A stretch of DNA of 64,000 bases. Origin: Octopus sinensis. Lineage: Eukaryota. The notes under the pieces are model-generated. The model was not told the DNA's origin, made no database searches, and was given only the letters and a program-made list of their open reading frames with translations. The stretch's first letter is position 1. Each line of letters begins with the position of its first letter. Below, in pieces: positions 13,500-26,100 of this stretch. The position numbers and the translations under genes are program-made. The DNA lies in NCBI RefSeq assembly GCF_006345805.1, contig NC_043008.1:4278001-4342000 (forward strand), given 5' to 3'.

Positions 13500-14865
13500 A
13501 CAAAAGTATCCTTTTTATAAGAATGGGATGGATCATATCTGAAAGTAGCTGCAGCAGTTGCGAAGAATGAATTTGTACGTAGTCTGTTTCTGAGAGCTAT
13601 TCCATTGGACCTCTGTCTAATCATTAAAACATTGATTTAATGATCCAGCATTAAGTGCTGCATTATGTCTTTGCTGATCGTGGGAAAGTCTCATCTTCCT
13701 TCTCTCTTGAGACTCTGTCTGATGTGCTGCATTATGTCTTTGCTGATCGTGGGAAAGTCTCATCCTCCTTCTCTCTTGAGACTCTGTCTGATGTGCTGCA
13801 TTATGTATTTGCTGATCGTGGGAAAATGTCATCCTCCTTCTCTCTTGAGACTCTGTCTGATGTGCTGCATTATGTATTTGCTGATCGTGGGAAAGTCTCA
13901 TCCTCCTTCTCTCTTGAGACTCTGTCTGATGTGCTGCATTATGTCTTTGCTGATCGTGGGAAAGTCTCATCCTCCTTCTCTCTTGAGACTCTGTCTGATG
14001 TGCTGCATTATGTCTTTGCTGATCGTGGGAAAGTCTCATCCTCCTTCTCTCTTGAGACTCTGTCTGATGTGCTGCATTATGTATTTGCTGATCGTGGGAA
14101 AGTCTCATCCTCCTTCTCTCTTGAGACTCTGTCTGATGTGCTGCATTATGTCTTTGCTGATCGTGGGAAAGTCTCATCCTCCTTCTCTCTTGAGACTCTG
14201 TCTGATGTGCTGCATTATGTATTTGCTGATCGTGGGAAAGTCTCATCCTCCTTCTCTCTTGAGACTCTGTCTGATGTGCTGCATTATGTCTTTGCTGATC
14301 GTGGGAAAGTCTCATCCTCCTTCTCTCTTGAGACTCTGTCTGATGTGCTGCATTATGTCTTTGCTGATCGTGGGAAAGTCTCATCCTCCTTCTCTCTTGA
14401 GACTCTGTCTGATGTGCTGCATTATGTATTTGCTGATCGTGGGAAAGTCTCATCCTCCTTCTCTCTTGAGACTCTGTCTGATGTGCTGCATTATGTCTTT
14501 GCTGATCGTGGAAAGTCTCATCCTCCTTCTCTCTTGAGACTCTGTCTGATGTGCTGCATTATGTCTTTGCTGATCGTGGGAAAGTCTCATCCTCCTTCTC
14601 TCTTGAGACTCTGTCTGATGTGCTGCATTATGTATTTGCTGATCGTGGGAAGTCTCATCCTCCTTCTCTCTTGAGACTCTGTCTGATGTGCTGCATTATG
14701 TCTTTGCTGATCGTGGGAAAGTCTCATCCTCCTTCTCTCTTGAGACTCTGTCTGATGTGCTGCATTATGTCTTTGCTGATCGTGGGAAAGTCTCATCCTC
14801 CTTCTCTCTTGAGACTCTGTCTGATGTGCTGCATTATGTCTTTGCTGATCGTGGGAAAGTCTCAT
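13500..14865 (-). pseudogene. Frameshifted N-terminus of a Helitron RepHel-like ORF made of STPR-like 23-aa repeats
   Basis: The repeat reads (MRLSHDQQ[R/I]HNAAHQTESQERRR)n. The frame is broken by 1-nt deletions at ~14650 and ~14512 and by a shift near 13625, after which IRQRSNGIALRNRLRTNSFFATAAATFRYDPSHSYKKDTFVV follows. Confidence 0.65.
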
Positions 14866-14866
14866 C
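13655..14866. repeat. Minisatellite, 69-bp unit, about 17.6 copies
   Basis: Unit GTGCTGCATTATGT(C/A)TTTGCTGATCGTGGGAAAGTCTCATCCTCCTTCTCTCTTGAGACTCTGTCTGAT; 18 GCTGATCGT cores counted. Confidence 0.98.
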
Positions 14867-17800
14867 TCCCTTAAGGAGCCGTTTATGCATCATTGCAATG
14901 TTGTGTTAATTCAAGTGTTAATATGAAACTGTAAATGTAAATAACTTGCAACACTGCAACAGGTGTGATGATTATGAGTTGGTCATTGAATGGTAAATGC
15001 ATAAATTCAATTTAAAAGTGAAACATTGTTATAAACTGATTAGGCTGGTATTTCTAGCACATCCTGCTACCACTGAACAGGTATTTGCGATAAAGGACAT
15101 GCCATTATCACAAATAGCTGTTACATGGTAGTAGCGCGTGCTAGAAATAGCAGCCAAATATTTCATTTTTCTGTAGAAGGGAGCCGTTTATGTGGTGAGG
15201 GACCTCGGACTTTTGGGAGAGAGTCCAAGGTCCCCCACCACAACCCTCTCTTTATTTCTGAATAAAAATAGGCTTGTGGCATATTAGGAGTTCAGGGTAC
15301 TTCACGCAAAATAAATCCCTTTTTTTTTTTGCCCTAGTCAAACACGTGTGGGTGCATTTATCAAAATTTATCCAATTTACAAATGAAAAAGGTTACATAC
15401 CAAATTCAGCAGAATGAATAAATGGGTTTTACTTGATCAGTATTGCTATGTAACAGCGTTGTCATCAATTATAATGGTTGTTGAAATGAATCAATATGAA
15501 TGACTCCATAAGACGAGTGGAGTTAGATTCTGTCCAGTTAGACAGAAGTTGTTGAATAGGACACAACCGTACACCATACAGGGTGTTCGGGAATGAACAA
15601 GGGAAGCACAATATTAAATGTTCATGCAAGGGGTAATATCTCAGTTTGTTTTTGTAAACTCTAGGTAACCTGAAAAGCTTATGGATGAAGTGGAAACACA
15701 TCAATTAAACCTGGCAAAAACCATGTGTTAAATGTGTTAAATGTCACTTTGCATTGTTCAATGACCAAATGATGAAGTCATTTACTTGGAGGAAAATTTG
15801 TGAATCTGTTTCGAATCCCAAACAATGAATGTTTATTTAAGAATGACACCCTGTTATCAGCAATAACTGTTACATGGTAGCAAGGCATGGTAGAAATAGC
15901 AACCAAATCTTCATTTTGTGTGGAAAGGAGCCGTTTACATGTCATTTTGATGTCATGTTAATTTAAGTGTTATTATGAAACTGTAAATGTGCAATAAAAG
16001 TGAAACATTGTTATGAACCGGAAGAATAAAAGGGAAACATGGATGTTATTCCTTCACTTTTGACATGTAATAGCGAACCAGTGTAAAAAAATTGCTCCAG
16101 GCCACATTAGGCAAAAAGTTGAAAACTTCTTTGGCTCATGGCACTCTGTGGATCGTATGTAATGTATGTGTAAAGTTTGAATGAAATCGGTTGTGTAGTT
16201 CTCAAGTTTTAGGGATTCACACAGACAGACTCATAGACAGACACACACACACATTCTCAGTTTTATATATTAATACACATACACACACACACTTATATGA
16301 TATATATGATAAGCTGCTACACATTTCCAAGCTCCTAAATTCCTCTCCATAAGTATTGGCTAACTGGAGCCCAGAGTAGAAAACACTGATAAGGTAGGTT
16401 CCTTATTTGTGAGAACTGAAGCATTCATTGACACCTGGGCTGAAATGAATTTGTGTTTTGGTGGTGTTGATGCCATGTTGCTTGCTAATTCCTTACTTTC
16501 CAAGCATTTGGACTGGACATTTCTTAATCAAGTTAGAAGAATGATTCTTGCTGCTGTTAACAATTTGAATTCTCGTTGGTAAACGAGAGACATTGATGAT
16601 GTTAGGGTTGTGCTGCTCAATGGTCCATTGTTTTACTCTGACAAAATCTCAAAGAGATGTTGGTTGAAGACTGCTGCTGTTGCAAGTATTTCAACGAATC
16701 CCTTGGCTTATTCTTGTCTTGCCAGTGTTGTTCTTGCAGATATTGATCTGCATAGGTTTGGGCAAGATATAACCATCGTCAATCTCTTGAGTTTGCAAAA
16801 CTACTGAGTGATGCTGCTCTTCATCCGCTGAGTCATTTTAATTTCTTAAAATATTAATTTAGGGTATAAAATGGACAATGAGAGTTTTTGGGGTTGTTGC
16901 TGTTTAGCTCCAACTCATCTCTGGAAAAGCAGACTTATGACCAAAGGTGTTTTAGTTGTAGCCATTTGCCATTTTTAATGCATTGTGTATCCAGAACTGC
17001 ATCGTTCGATATGTCCTTCCCCAGCTTCATTTCTTTTTTCTTCCTTTCTCTAAGATAGTGGAAAATTAATCGAGGAAACTCTGGCTACCATTTCAAACTG
17101 GTAGAATAATTGCAGAGAAGCTCACTCATTGGCTCGGTTTAGTAAGTAGTTAAAAAAAAGAGTTTGAGAGCTTGTGTGTTTGAATGAGTGACTTTGGCTT
17201 GAAGCTGGGTAACTTCACAAGGAACCAGTTGGAAATCTGATTGCATCATGGCAGCAACTAACTTCATAAGTGATGTCTTTTCTCTTTTATTAAAGACACT
17301 TTTAAATTCAATTCTGTGTCTTTTTTATAATTTTCTTTTTAAACTGTTGCTGCTGAAATTGGTACATATTTTTAGCTAGAGTTATTTTATCTTTACAAAC
17401 ATCCCTTTCATTTTTAAATTGCAAATTTTCTTTTTTATATTTAAATAGAAAATGTTTTCTTTTGAAATCAAGTTCCTGATTTCATTCATTTGAAGATTCT
17501 CATTCTATACTTTGGTTTTTATCATTAAAAGAGAAGCAAGTTATATTTCTTTTGCTCAATTCTTTGAAGTCTCATTCTATAGACATTCATGGAGCAAATA
17601 TTTTATTAGTTTTATTTCATTGTCAAAATAACAAGCATGATAAAATATACTATATTTAATTTTCTACTTAATTTTATCTTTTTTCAAAATGAATTTTTGA
17701 ATGTTTATTTGCTTTTAAATAAGATAGTATTAACAAATGTTTTTAAATATGTTTGCTTGTAATTATTTTATCTACATATAAAGAGAAGTTACTAATTTAA

Positions 17801-18090
17801 AATCAGGTAAGATAACTGACATTAAGCTGCCACTCCATAGACCGCATGACCATGAGTTCAAATCCTACAAAATCTATTTGCAATTTACTTCTTGATAAAG
17901 TATATATTGATTGGAAATGTCTTTGAATCGCTGAAATCAGTCAAGAAAAGCTTGGTTTGGTGGAGACCTTTGTAGAAAATCTGCACTTCATGAGTTCATG
18001 GTGATCAAGCCACACACAATATTAGCCTTGACGATGTAACTGAGACTACAGGTAAATGTAGACTGGCCAATGTTGACCACAGCATAAGTG

Positions 18091-18135
18091 CAGTCTCCAT
18101 AATAAATAAATGAACTTTATTTATTATGGAGACTG
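18091..18135. repeat. Perfect 20-bp inverted repeat with 5-nt loop
   Basis: CAGTCTCCATAATAAATAAA-TGAAC-TTTATTTATTATGGAGACTG. Confidence 0.95.
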
Positions 18136-18902
18136 AAGAAGATTGATGCTTTGGCACCTTCAGTAAATCCGAGAACAAGTCTCACTCATACTTCATTTTT
18201 TGGTGGCTGAATATATGACTTTCTATGAGAAAGAAAGGTAGAGGTAACAGCCATGTTCTATGGGATCTCTGAGTCTTGTGAATGGATGGGAAAGGAAGGG
18301 CCATTGACTCTTTGAATGTGCTCCAAATGAAAATTAGATTAGTATGTTTGCTGCAAAGTGAGCCCCACTAAAAGCACCTCAAGATGAGAACAAGCCATCT
18401 GAAAGGGGTTCTGTAGTTTCTACCTACTTAAATTCACTCATAGGATTTTGGGTTAACTTGGAGCAATAACAAAGGACACTTTACCAAAGTGCTTCACAGA
18501 AGAATCAACTCCAGAAAGAACCGCATAATTGCTGACTAAACTTGTTTGATCACATAGTCACACTTGCATATCAAACAGTAATTGTTTAACTATTTTAATC
18601 TAATCTGTACCATTGTCAGTAAAATGTTAGAGGTAGATGGAAACTGCAAGGAAGCTCGTAGAAGTGACTGCTTTGATTTGAATGTGTCCAAGGCATGCTT
18701 CTGCTGAAGATTCAGACCATGTCCGTGGATGGACCTTGAATTAAGTTGCATAGTCTAATAACCTTTCACGTGCACACAAGAAAAAAAGCTAAATGAATAA
18801 ATAAAGAAAACCGCTGACCAACTGCACAAACTTAGAAAATAGCACACCAATTGACCCCACAATCCCACACAGATACACATTCTTTTAAAGAACTACAAAT
18901 TA

Positions 18903-18963
<61 letters not shown>

Positions 18964-20500
18964 CACACACACACACACGGTCATTTGTTCAAAATCAGTT
19001 CCATCGAAAATAGATCAAATAACTCAACTGTGAAAAGCACCATACGTTAGAAATACAGGTAGAATACACCCTTACCTTTCCCCAAAAACTTTTTCCAAAC
19101 AAACCCCCTTAAAATATTCAATTAAAAAACCCTAGAAATACATATACCCAAATTAAATAAATAAATAAATAAACCAAACTGGGAAAGTAAACAGACAAAT
19201 AACACCCACCACAAACACACCCTAAACAAATCAGGCAACCAACTAAAAAAAAAAAAGGAAACCAAGGAAGAAACACAAGTATCAGACTACCCACATACAC
19301 CAATGGATATATATGTGTGTGTGTACACGCATGCACATACACACACACACACTCACACATATACACATACACACACACGTGCTTACATATATTTAATAAA
19401 TTAAAATGTTTAAAACAAATGAGGATTTAATATTTTTGCAGTAAAGCATCCGATAGATATTGTTGGTGAGGTAATACATATTGTCTTCATATATTTTAAG
19501 GCTCAGTCAGCAAAAGAGGGCAGCTTTCATAATATATTTCCACGTTCCATCAGATAAAAAGAAAGAAGCTATCTTCAAACTGAAGACTTGCTATGAATGA
19601 TGGCCACAAATTAGACCCCACTAAAGACAGCCACAAGCCAGAGGATGCTGTTAATGAAGTGGGTGACAGACTAAGAAGATAACCACTCAACAACCAATGT
19701 TATCCTTTCCATGGGCTACAAAATCGTTTCTGTCCCCAAATTTTTTCAGATTTTGTCAACCAGGTGCTATCGTGGAAGACAACAGATGTGTTGGGCAGTG
19801 GGATTGAAATATATCAGTTCTCTTTTACTAGTTTCAGCCACTGGACTTTGGCCATGCTTCGGCCATAACTTGAAAGGTTTTAATTAAATGAATAAACCCA
19901 AGTACTTACGTTTTTAAGCCTGGTCCTTATTCTATCAGTCTCTTATGGTTGACTACTCAGTTAGAGAGTCGTAAACAAACCAACACTAGTTTCAAAGGGA
20001 TGGTGGGGGACAAACACAAAGGTACACACACATATATATATGCATATGTATATGTATATGAGAGGCTTCTTACAGTTTCTGCTTATCACACCCACTCACA
20101 AGGTTTTGGTCAACCTAAGATTTACCCAAGGCACCATACAGAAACATAGCCAAGTGTTTTGAAGTTTGGTTTGCAAAAACATGGTTCCAGATGCAATTCC
20201 ACTGCACAGCATTTCTGGCAAATGTCTACGGTAGCCAATGGTTAACAAAGCTTTGTTAGTGAAACTTTGCAAGCAGATATAAGTATCGTGGCATATTGGA
20301 AGGGTTACATCTGTTGAGTGGTAGCCTTACTCTGGTACCACTGTACCACTGTAACTCTTAGTTTTCTTTGATGATGACATTCTGTTGCCATCATTTATAT
20401 CAGTCTGAAGATAATTTCCTTTTTCCAATCTGAGAGTTGGTGTAAAGAAATGTTATCAAAGCTGTTCTCCTTCTGCTGACTAGGACACAAAACATAACAA

Positions 20501-20581
<81 letters not shown>

Positions 20582-21840
20582 CTTTGTCAATAATATATGA
20601 TTGATATTTTACAGTAAAAATATGAAACCTTTGCTGTTTGTTTTAAGCATTTGCAAACATGTACAGAATAATTTTCTCTGATGCATATACACAAAAAAAA
20701 AAACACAGAAAAAAAGATTCAAAAATAGCATCTGAATAGGCTATGACTTGCTTTATTTGTAAACAATAACATCATTAGTTATAGGTCTCCAACAAACCAA
20801 TTACTGGTTGACTGTATTTCCAATAGAATGAGTAACAAAGGAGTGTATATGCAATTAAGATGGATCAGATAGCACAAAGTATTTTTGTTCAATGCACCAG
20901 TTTGCAAGCAATTATCTTGCTGATATGTGCATCTTCGACACACACACACACACACAAGAACACATGTACATACACACATACATATATATAATGTATGCAC
21001 ATACACAAACACATAGCAGTCTTCCACACAGTTTCCATCCTCTGAAGTTCAGCTACAAGGCATCAGTCAGCTTACAGCTAAAATAGAAGATATTTACCCA
21101 AGGAACCATGTTCTAAGCTCAAGCCCAGACCCCACACAGTTGCAAATGGAGACACACTGTAACATGCAACAGGAAAAAGATAAACATCCCACTTACCAAT
21201 TAGTAACATGAGAAAATTGACTGCTTTGTAACTCAAGAAAGGGATCTGTACATGCTCCTTTTTATCTGCTAGCAATAGCAACCAAATATCACAAAAGCCA
21301 GCCTTCCATCTTTAAACATTGCAAATTGTAGTCTTAGATGCACTATGGCTAAAATATAAAGATGGAATGGGTGGTTGAGCTGTTTGTATCATAGATTTAC
21401 TCAATAAAGGCTGACCTGGTGCTAAACAGCTACTTCTATAAATGAAGACAAAGTAGCCCCTACATGGTTGTTTAATCTGCTAGAAACAGAAGACAACTCT
21501 CCTTCATGCTTCACTTAACTATCATTAAAATAAGGATGCATTGTGATTTGGGGCTAAATTCTTAATATTGCAGTGACAAACAATGAAAGAGTGAGTTTCT
21601 CCTTGGTCAGTTCGCCTGTATTTGTCTTTTTCGTTTTTTTTTTAATCATTTACAAGTTTCTGTAATTAAGCTGCAGCCATGCTGGGGCACCACTATGAGG
21701 AGTTTCAGTTGAACAAATCAACCCCTACACTTATTATCTTTTTAAATCTGGCACTTACTCTATCAGTCTCTTTTGCTGAGCTGCTAAGTTACAGAGATGT
21801 AAACACATCAACACCAATTGTCAAGCAGTGGTGGGGTTAG

Positions 21841-21882
<42 letters not shown>

Positions 21883-23731
21883 GGCTTTGATCAGCCTGGG
21901 GCTCTAGTAGAAGATACTTGTCCAAGATGCCATGCCTTAAAACTGAACCTGGCACCATGTATTTGGGAAGTAAGCTTCTTACCACACAGCCATGTCTGTG
22001 CCTGCTAGACATAATAGTCAAATTTCCTTCACATCATACCTTAGCATCTTAAAAAAGTTAACAAAGGCTTTGTGTAATCAGGGTTTATTTGAGATTAAAC
22101 AATAACAACTGTTGTGATGAGAATGGTGGAGTCCAAATTCTAAAATGTGGCTAAACTTGTGGTTATTTTTAGTGCAGATATAAAAGTATTGGATAATTAA
22201 TACATACTTGGTTTCTACTTAATTTGAATTTGATGTTGATATCATTTCCTCAGATTTCTAAGATTCATTTCTGTTGATATTTTTTCATCTTGCGTATATT
22301 TGTTTGATTATTTAAAATTTTATTGCTACTTTGTTTTCCAAATTATTTTTCTTTTATTAAATATCTCTTTTTGTTTATCTGATTTTTAACTGTTAATTTA
22401 TTTTTAAATGAATTATATTTATAATAGCTTTGATAATGTAAAAAAACAAAAAAAAAAAAACAAAGGGAAAAAGAAATGTGAGCCTCTCATAACCAAAATG
22501 ATAATCAGATTGAAATCAATGTAAGAGAGGAGTATTTATGTATTCATTGCAAATAAACATTTTAGCCATTCCAGGCCAATTGATTCTGCTTTTCATGTGA
22601 TTAGTTAGAATCAATATTCAATTATGTAAGCACCTATCTTAGAAAGTTTTAACATCTGGCTGTTATGTCATATGTTAGCAGTCTTTTAGAGTTGCATGAT
22701 TTATGAAATGAGATTTTATGAAATGTCTAGTAATTGAAAGGCAGACATTGATTCATTGTAAAAACGTTGAAACCGCTCATTATCTCTTGCTGCAATATTA
22801 GAAAATAGCTGTTTTCATTTGTTTCTTCTTTTCCCTCATAATAATATTGGGGTTAGATTATATTATAATGCAAGCAATGTTTTCAACATTGATGATGCTT
22901 TTGAGAAAAAAATATAAATAAATAACAATAAAATTTAGAAAAGTAGAAATAATTTGAATGGTTTTTCTTTGAAATAAAACAAATCATTTGAATTTGATTT
23001 TGCCTCAATATCTTCATAACAATTTATATTTCCATCTTATTCTGTTTTATTTCTATTTTCTCTCCTGCCTTGTTTTTAGCTTATAGCTATTGTTATTTTT
23101 TCTGAAAAAACAAAAAGAAATAGAAAAGTCACTTACGAACGTTGAATCTTTCACCTACTTGGAGAAGTGTAAGCATTATTTCCATACCTGATTATTTGGC
23201 CAAATTGCATAATTATAATATGCTTCTTATTTCATCGATACCATAAAGATGATTGTACTTATGATTCAGATTGGAAATCTTTAAGTTCTTTGTACGGTTC
23301 TCTGTCTGAAAACATCCGAATCTTTAGATGTTGTTCGATTGGAGTTACAGACACTGAAACTACAAAACAGTTTTCTTTTTGATATTACTCGGCATTGTTT
23401 TCTTGCTTTTGGAAATTATAGTGAAAGATAAGTTGCTGCTGTTGTTGTTTGAACCTAGGGCAGTCCTAGTCGTACAGAACTTTGAACAAAGGCATTCTTT
23501 TCTAGGATATGATCTGAGAGAGAGATGTGGCTGCTTTTACAGCAGATCTAATAACTCTTTAGAGGCACCGTCATTAGCATTTAGTGAAAGCCATGTTGCT
23601 TTTCTTGCCAATAGCAAAACATTTAACTGAAGCTTCTAGAAAGTTTGCCTGGTTTTAGAAAGATACTATCCATCTCTTATCTGAATTGAAACATTCCTGT
23701 TTAACCATTCTAACATATTAGATATACAAAG

Positions 23732-23806
<75 letters not shown>

Positions 23807-23811
23807 TTCTT

Positions 23812-23850
<39 letters not shown>
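23732..23850. repeat. (CT)n microsatellite
   Basis: Long interrupted CT run. Confidence 0.95.
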
Positions 23851-23851
<1 letters not shown>

Positions 23852-25763
23852 TCTCTTCATTCTGTGTTGGTTTTAGGGAACCTTTAGGTTTGATTTTGGT
23901 TTACACATTTGGTAGCAGTCTCTGTTCATATTTAACTCTGACATCTGTGTAACTCTGTTGTCACTCACCTTACTGGCAGCAGCAACAAAATCTACCTAAA
24001 ATTCCAACCTACCATCTTTAGAAAGGGAGGGGCACACTGGAAAATGTGTTCCTAGATATTCCCAAAACACAGGAAGGTCCTGGTTGGAACACTTTGGATC
24101 ATAGCTTAGCTCAGTCAAGGCTATCCTGGGGTTACACAACAACTGTGTCTTATTGTCTTAAAGCATAATTACAAGGCTTCACAATTTCTAATTACTTCTC
24201 ATGGTAATCTTCCGTATATGACATGAATAAAACTGCATTCCAAAATGTGGAATTCATATTTTGGGGCTGGTACAGTGTGACATAAAGAAGATTTAGCTAC
24301 TATTTCTAATAAACTGAGTGACCTTGTTGAGGCTTCCTTATTGACGTGAGTATCACTCTTGTATCTGAAACAGAGGATGTGTCACACGTATAAATGTTCT
24401 CTGTTGCATTCAAAACACACACCAACACACTGCAATCACCAGTTTGCTGAATGCAACATGTATCTCTCTTCTATTACTGCAAATGACATTTGTGAAGAGT
24501 TGCAATTATGGTTTCAGGTTTTTAATGGGCCAATTACTGGTTTGCTGTAATAACATTAGGGTAGGTGTCAAGAGAGCATTTCAATGCAACTTTGAACAAA
24601 TGTCACAGTACTTTTGTTGGAAAATGCCTGTCTATCAATTTTTCTCATTGAATTTTACATCTGTCACTACATCGGCAAAAGATGTGTGGGTGTGTGTGTG
24701 CGCACATCATCATTTTTCTTCCCCAAAACATGAGACTATATGTCAATGTTAGAAATCTATATAATGTCATCAAATGCAAGTATTGTGAAACTTCCTAAAG
24801 ACACCATATCTCAGAAATCCATCCATCCAGGTCAGCTGACTTGCCAAGCCCATTGTACTTTTCTCTTCTACGCCAGACATTCTGAATGAACATTGTGGCA
24901 TGAATGTTTGGTCTGGGTTTTAGTCAGGTAACAAGAAGAAAAGGAAGAGTTGGGATCACTACTTTGGAAAGTATATTTAGATGTGTGCATGCAAGATGGT
25001 TTGAAATGTATAAATGAATGTTTTCCATGAAGGTAATGATAAATATCAAAAGGTAATTTTTTGGTAAATAAACCTAATTTATTCCTTGATCACACATGAA
25101 GTAGTAGGCACATCAAAGATAAGTGTTCAAGGCAACAGGGTGTAGCAAGACATGAGTTAATTTCTTAATAAATATAAAGGTAGTCAGATCCAGTGCTTGG
25201 CTGCAAATCTAAGATATCCAATGAGTTCTGTGGTGGTTGTGAGGTGAAGTAGAAACCCCGTGGTTATATGAATGCTGTTTTCTGATCAGCAATAATTCAG
25301 CAACGTTTTGTCGTTTGGACAAACAGCTGATGTGTTTACATTTCAATGTCTTCTCAGGAACTGATGATTGCCTTTCAAAACGTATTCTTCACCACTGGGT
25401 CACATATATCCTTCCACGGCCAGCAGCAACTAGATGTTTCAGGCATAGCACAACTGTGTTTTGCCATCACAACAAAATAGTGCTAACATGTCTGACTACA
25501 GTCGCATTCATCTTTCACTAGTGGAAATATTTCATCTGTGTCTGCCACAACTGCAGATAATAATATTAGTTTATTCACCGAAGTGTTTGATCCTGGTCAT
25601 TGGCAGTTTGTTGTCTGATCGTCCACTCAACATCCAGTGATACTCACCATTGACTCAATGAGTTCATCGGCCAAAATAGTTCACATCCATCATGCTGCAT
25701 CCTAAGATTTCAAAATAATCCTGGTCCAGGTGGTGACATGTTATTTAACCCATAGTTATTTGG

Positions 25764-26100
25764 TTGGGTCTAGGGAGGGTCATTAGGCCAATATTATTAA
25801 CACATGCACTGGTTCAATTCCACTCCTTTATTATTTGTCAATTGAATAAATATCCAACGAATCAATTGTTTGTTTTTTAATTTGGTTAAACAGTTAGTCA
25901 TTTGTTTTGTTTTTGCTATTTCCAACCTTTTCAATGAAAAAGCTTTGACAAACAAAAACAAAACAAACGGCTTACTGTTTAACCAAAATTAAACAAACAA
26001 TGGATTAGTTAGATGCATATTTAACGAATTGACTAATAAGGGAATGGAATTGAACCAGTGTATGTGTTAATAATATTGACATGACTCTCCCTGGACCCAA
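25764..26100. mobile_element. MITE-like fold-back element with ~150-bp imperfect inverted arms
   Basis: Arms 25764-25915 and 25953-26100, for example CCAATATTATTAACACATGCACTGGTTCAATTCCA versus TGGAATTGAACCAGTGTATGTGTTAATAATATTG. Confidence 0.8.

Larger units (their letters stand above)
13495..16272 (-). mobile_element. Helitron 5' fragment (3'-truncated, non-autonomous)
   Basis: The minus strand begins TAATATATAAAACTGAGAATGTGTGTGTGTCTGTC...ACTACACAACCGATTTCATTCAAACTT, resembling Helitron 5' termini (TCTATATATATAAAA.../GTCT repeats/AACCGATTT). Downstream lie E-S-x-E-x-R-x-x-R-L repeats and then ATAAATFRYDPSHSYKKDTFVV, like the AF.YDP..DY...V segment that precedes the Cys-rich region of Helitron RepHel proteins. 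The canonical 5' TC is not intact and no Rep or helicase domain is present. Confidence 0.65.

Noticed and set aside
13655-14866. CRISPR-like appearance of the repeat array
   Set aside because: The units are contiguous and near-identical with no unique spacers, there are no cas genes, and the context is eukaryotic.
13655-14909. Long plus-strand ORFs (339, 290, 107 and 73 aa) over the 69-bp array
   Set aside because: They are open only because the unit lacks stops in those frames. The minus frame has the STPR-like pattern and continues into Helitron-like sequence.
15465-15704. Minus ORF with PNTLYGVRL, vaguely like PIF1-helicase LCNGTRL
   Set aside because: Similarity is too weak, and the position (upstream of the ORF start) is wrong for a Helitron helicase.
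25300-25745. Possible decayed Tc1/mariner transposase
   Set aside because: Only faint resemblance with many stops; no DDD/E motif or TIR could be fixed.
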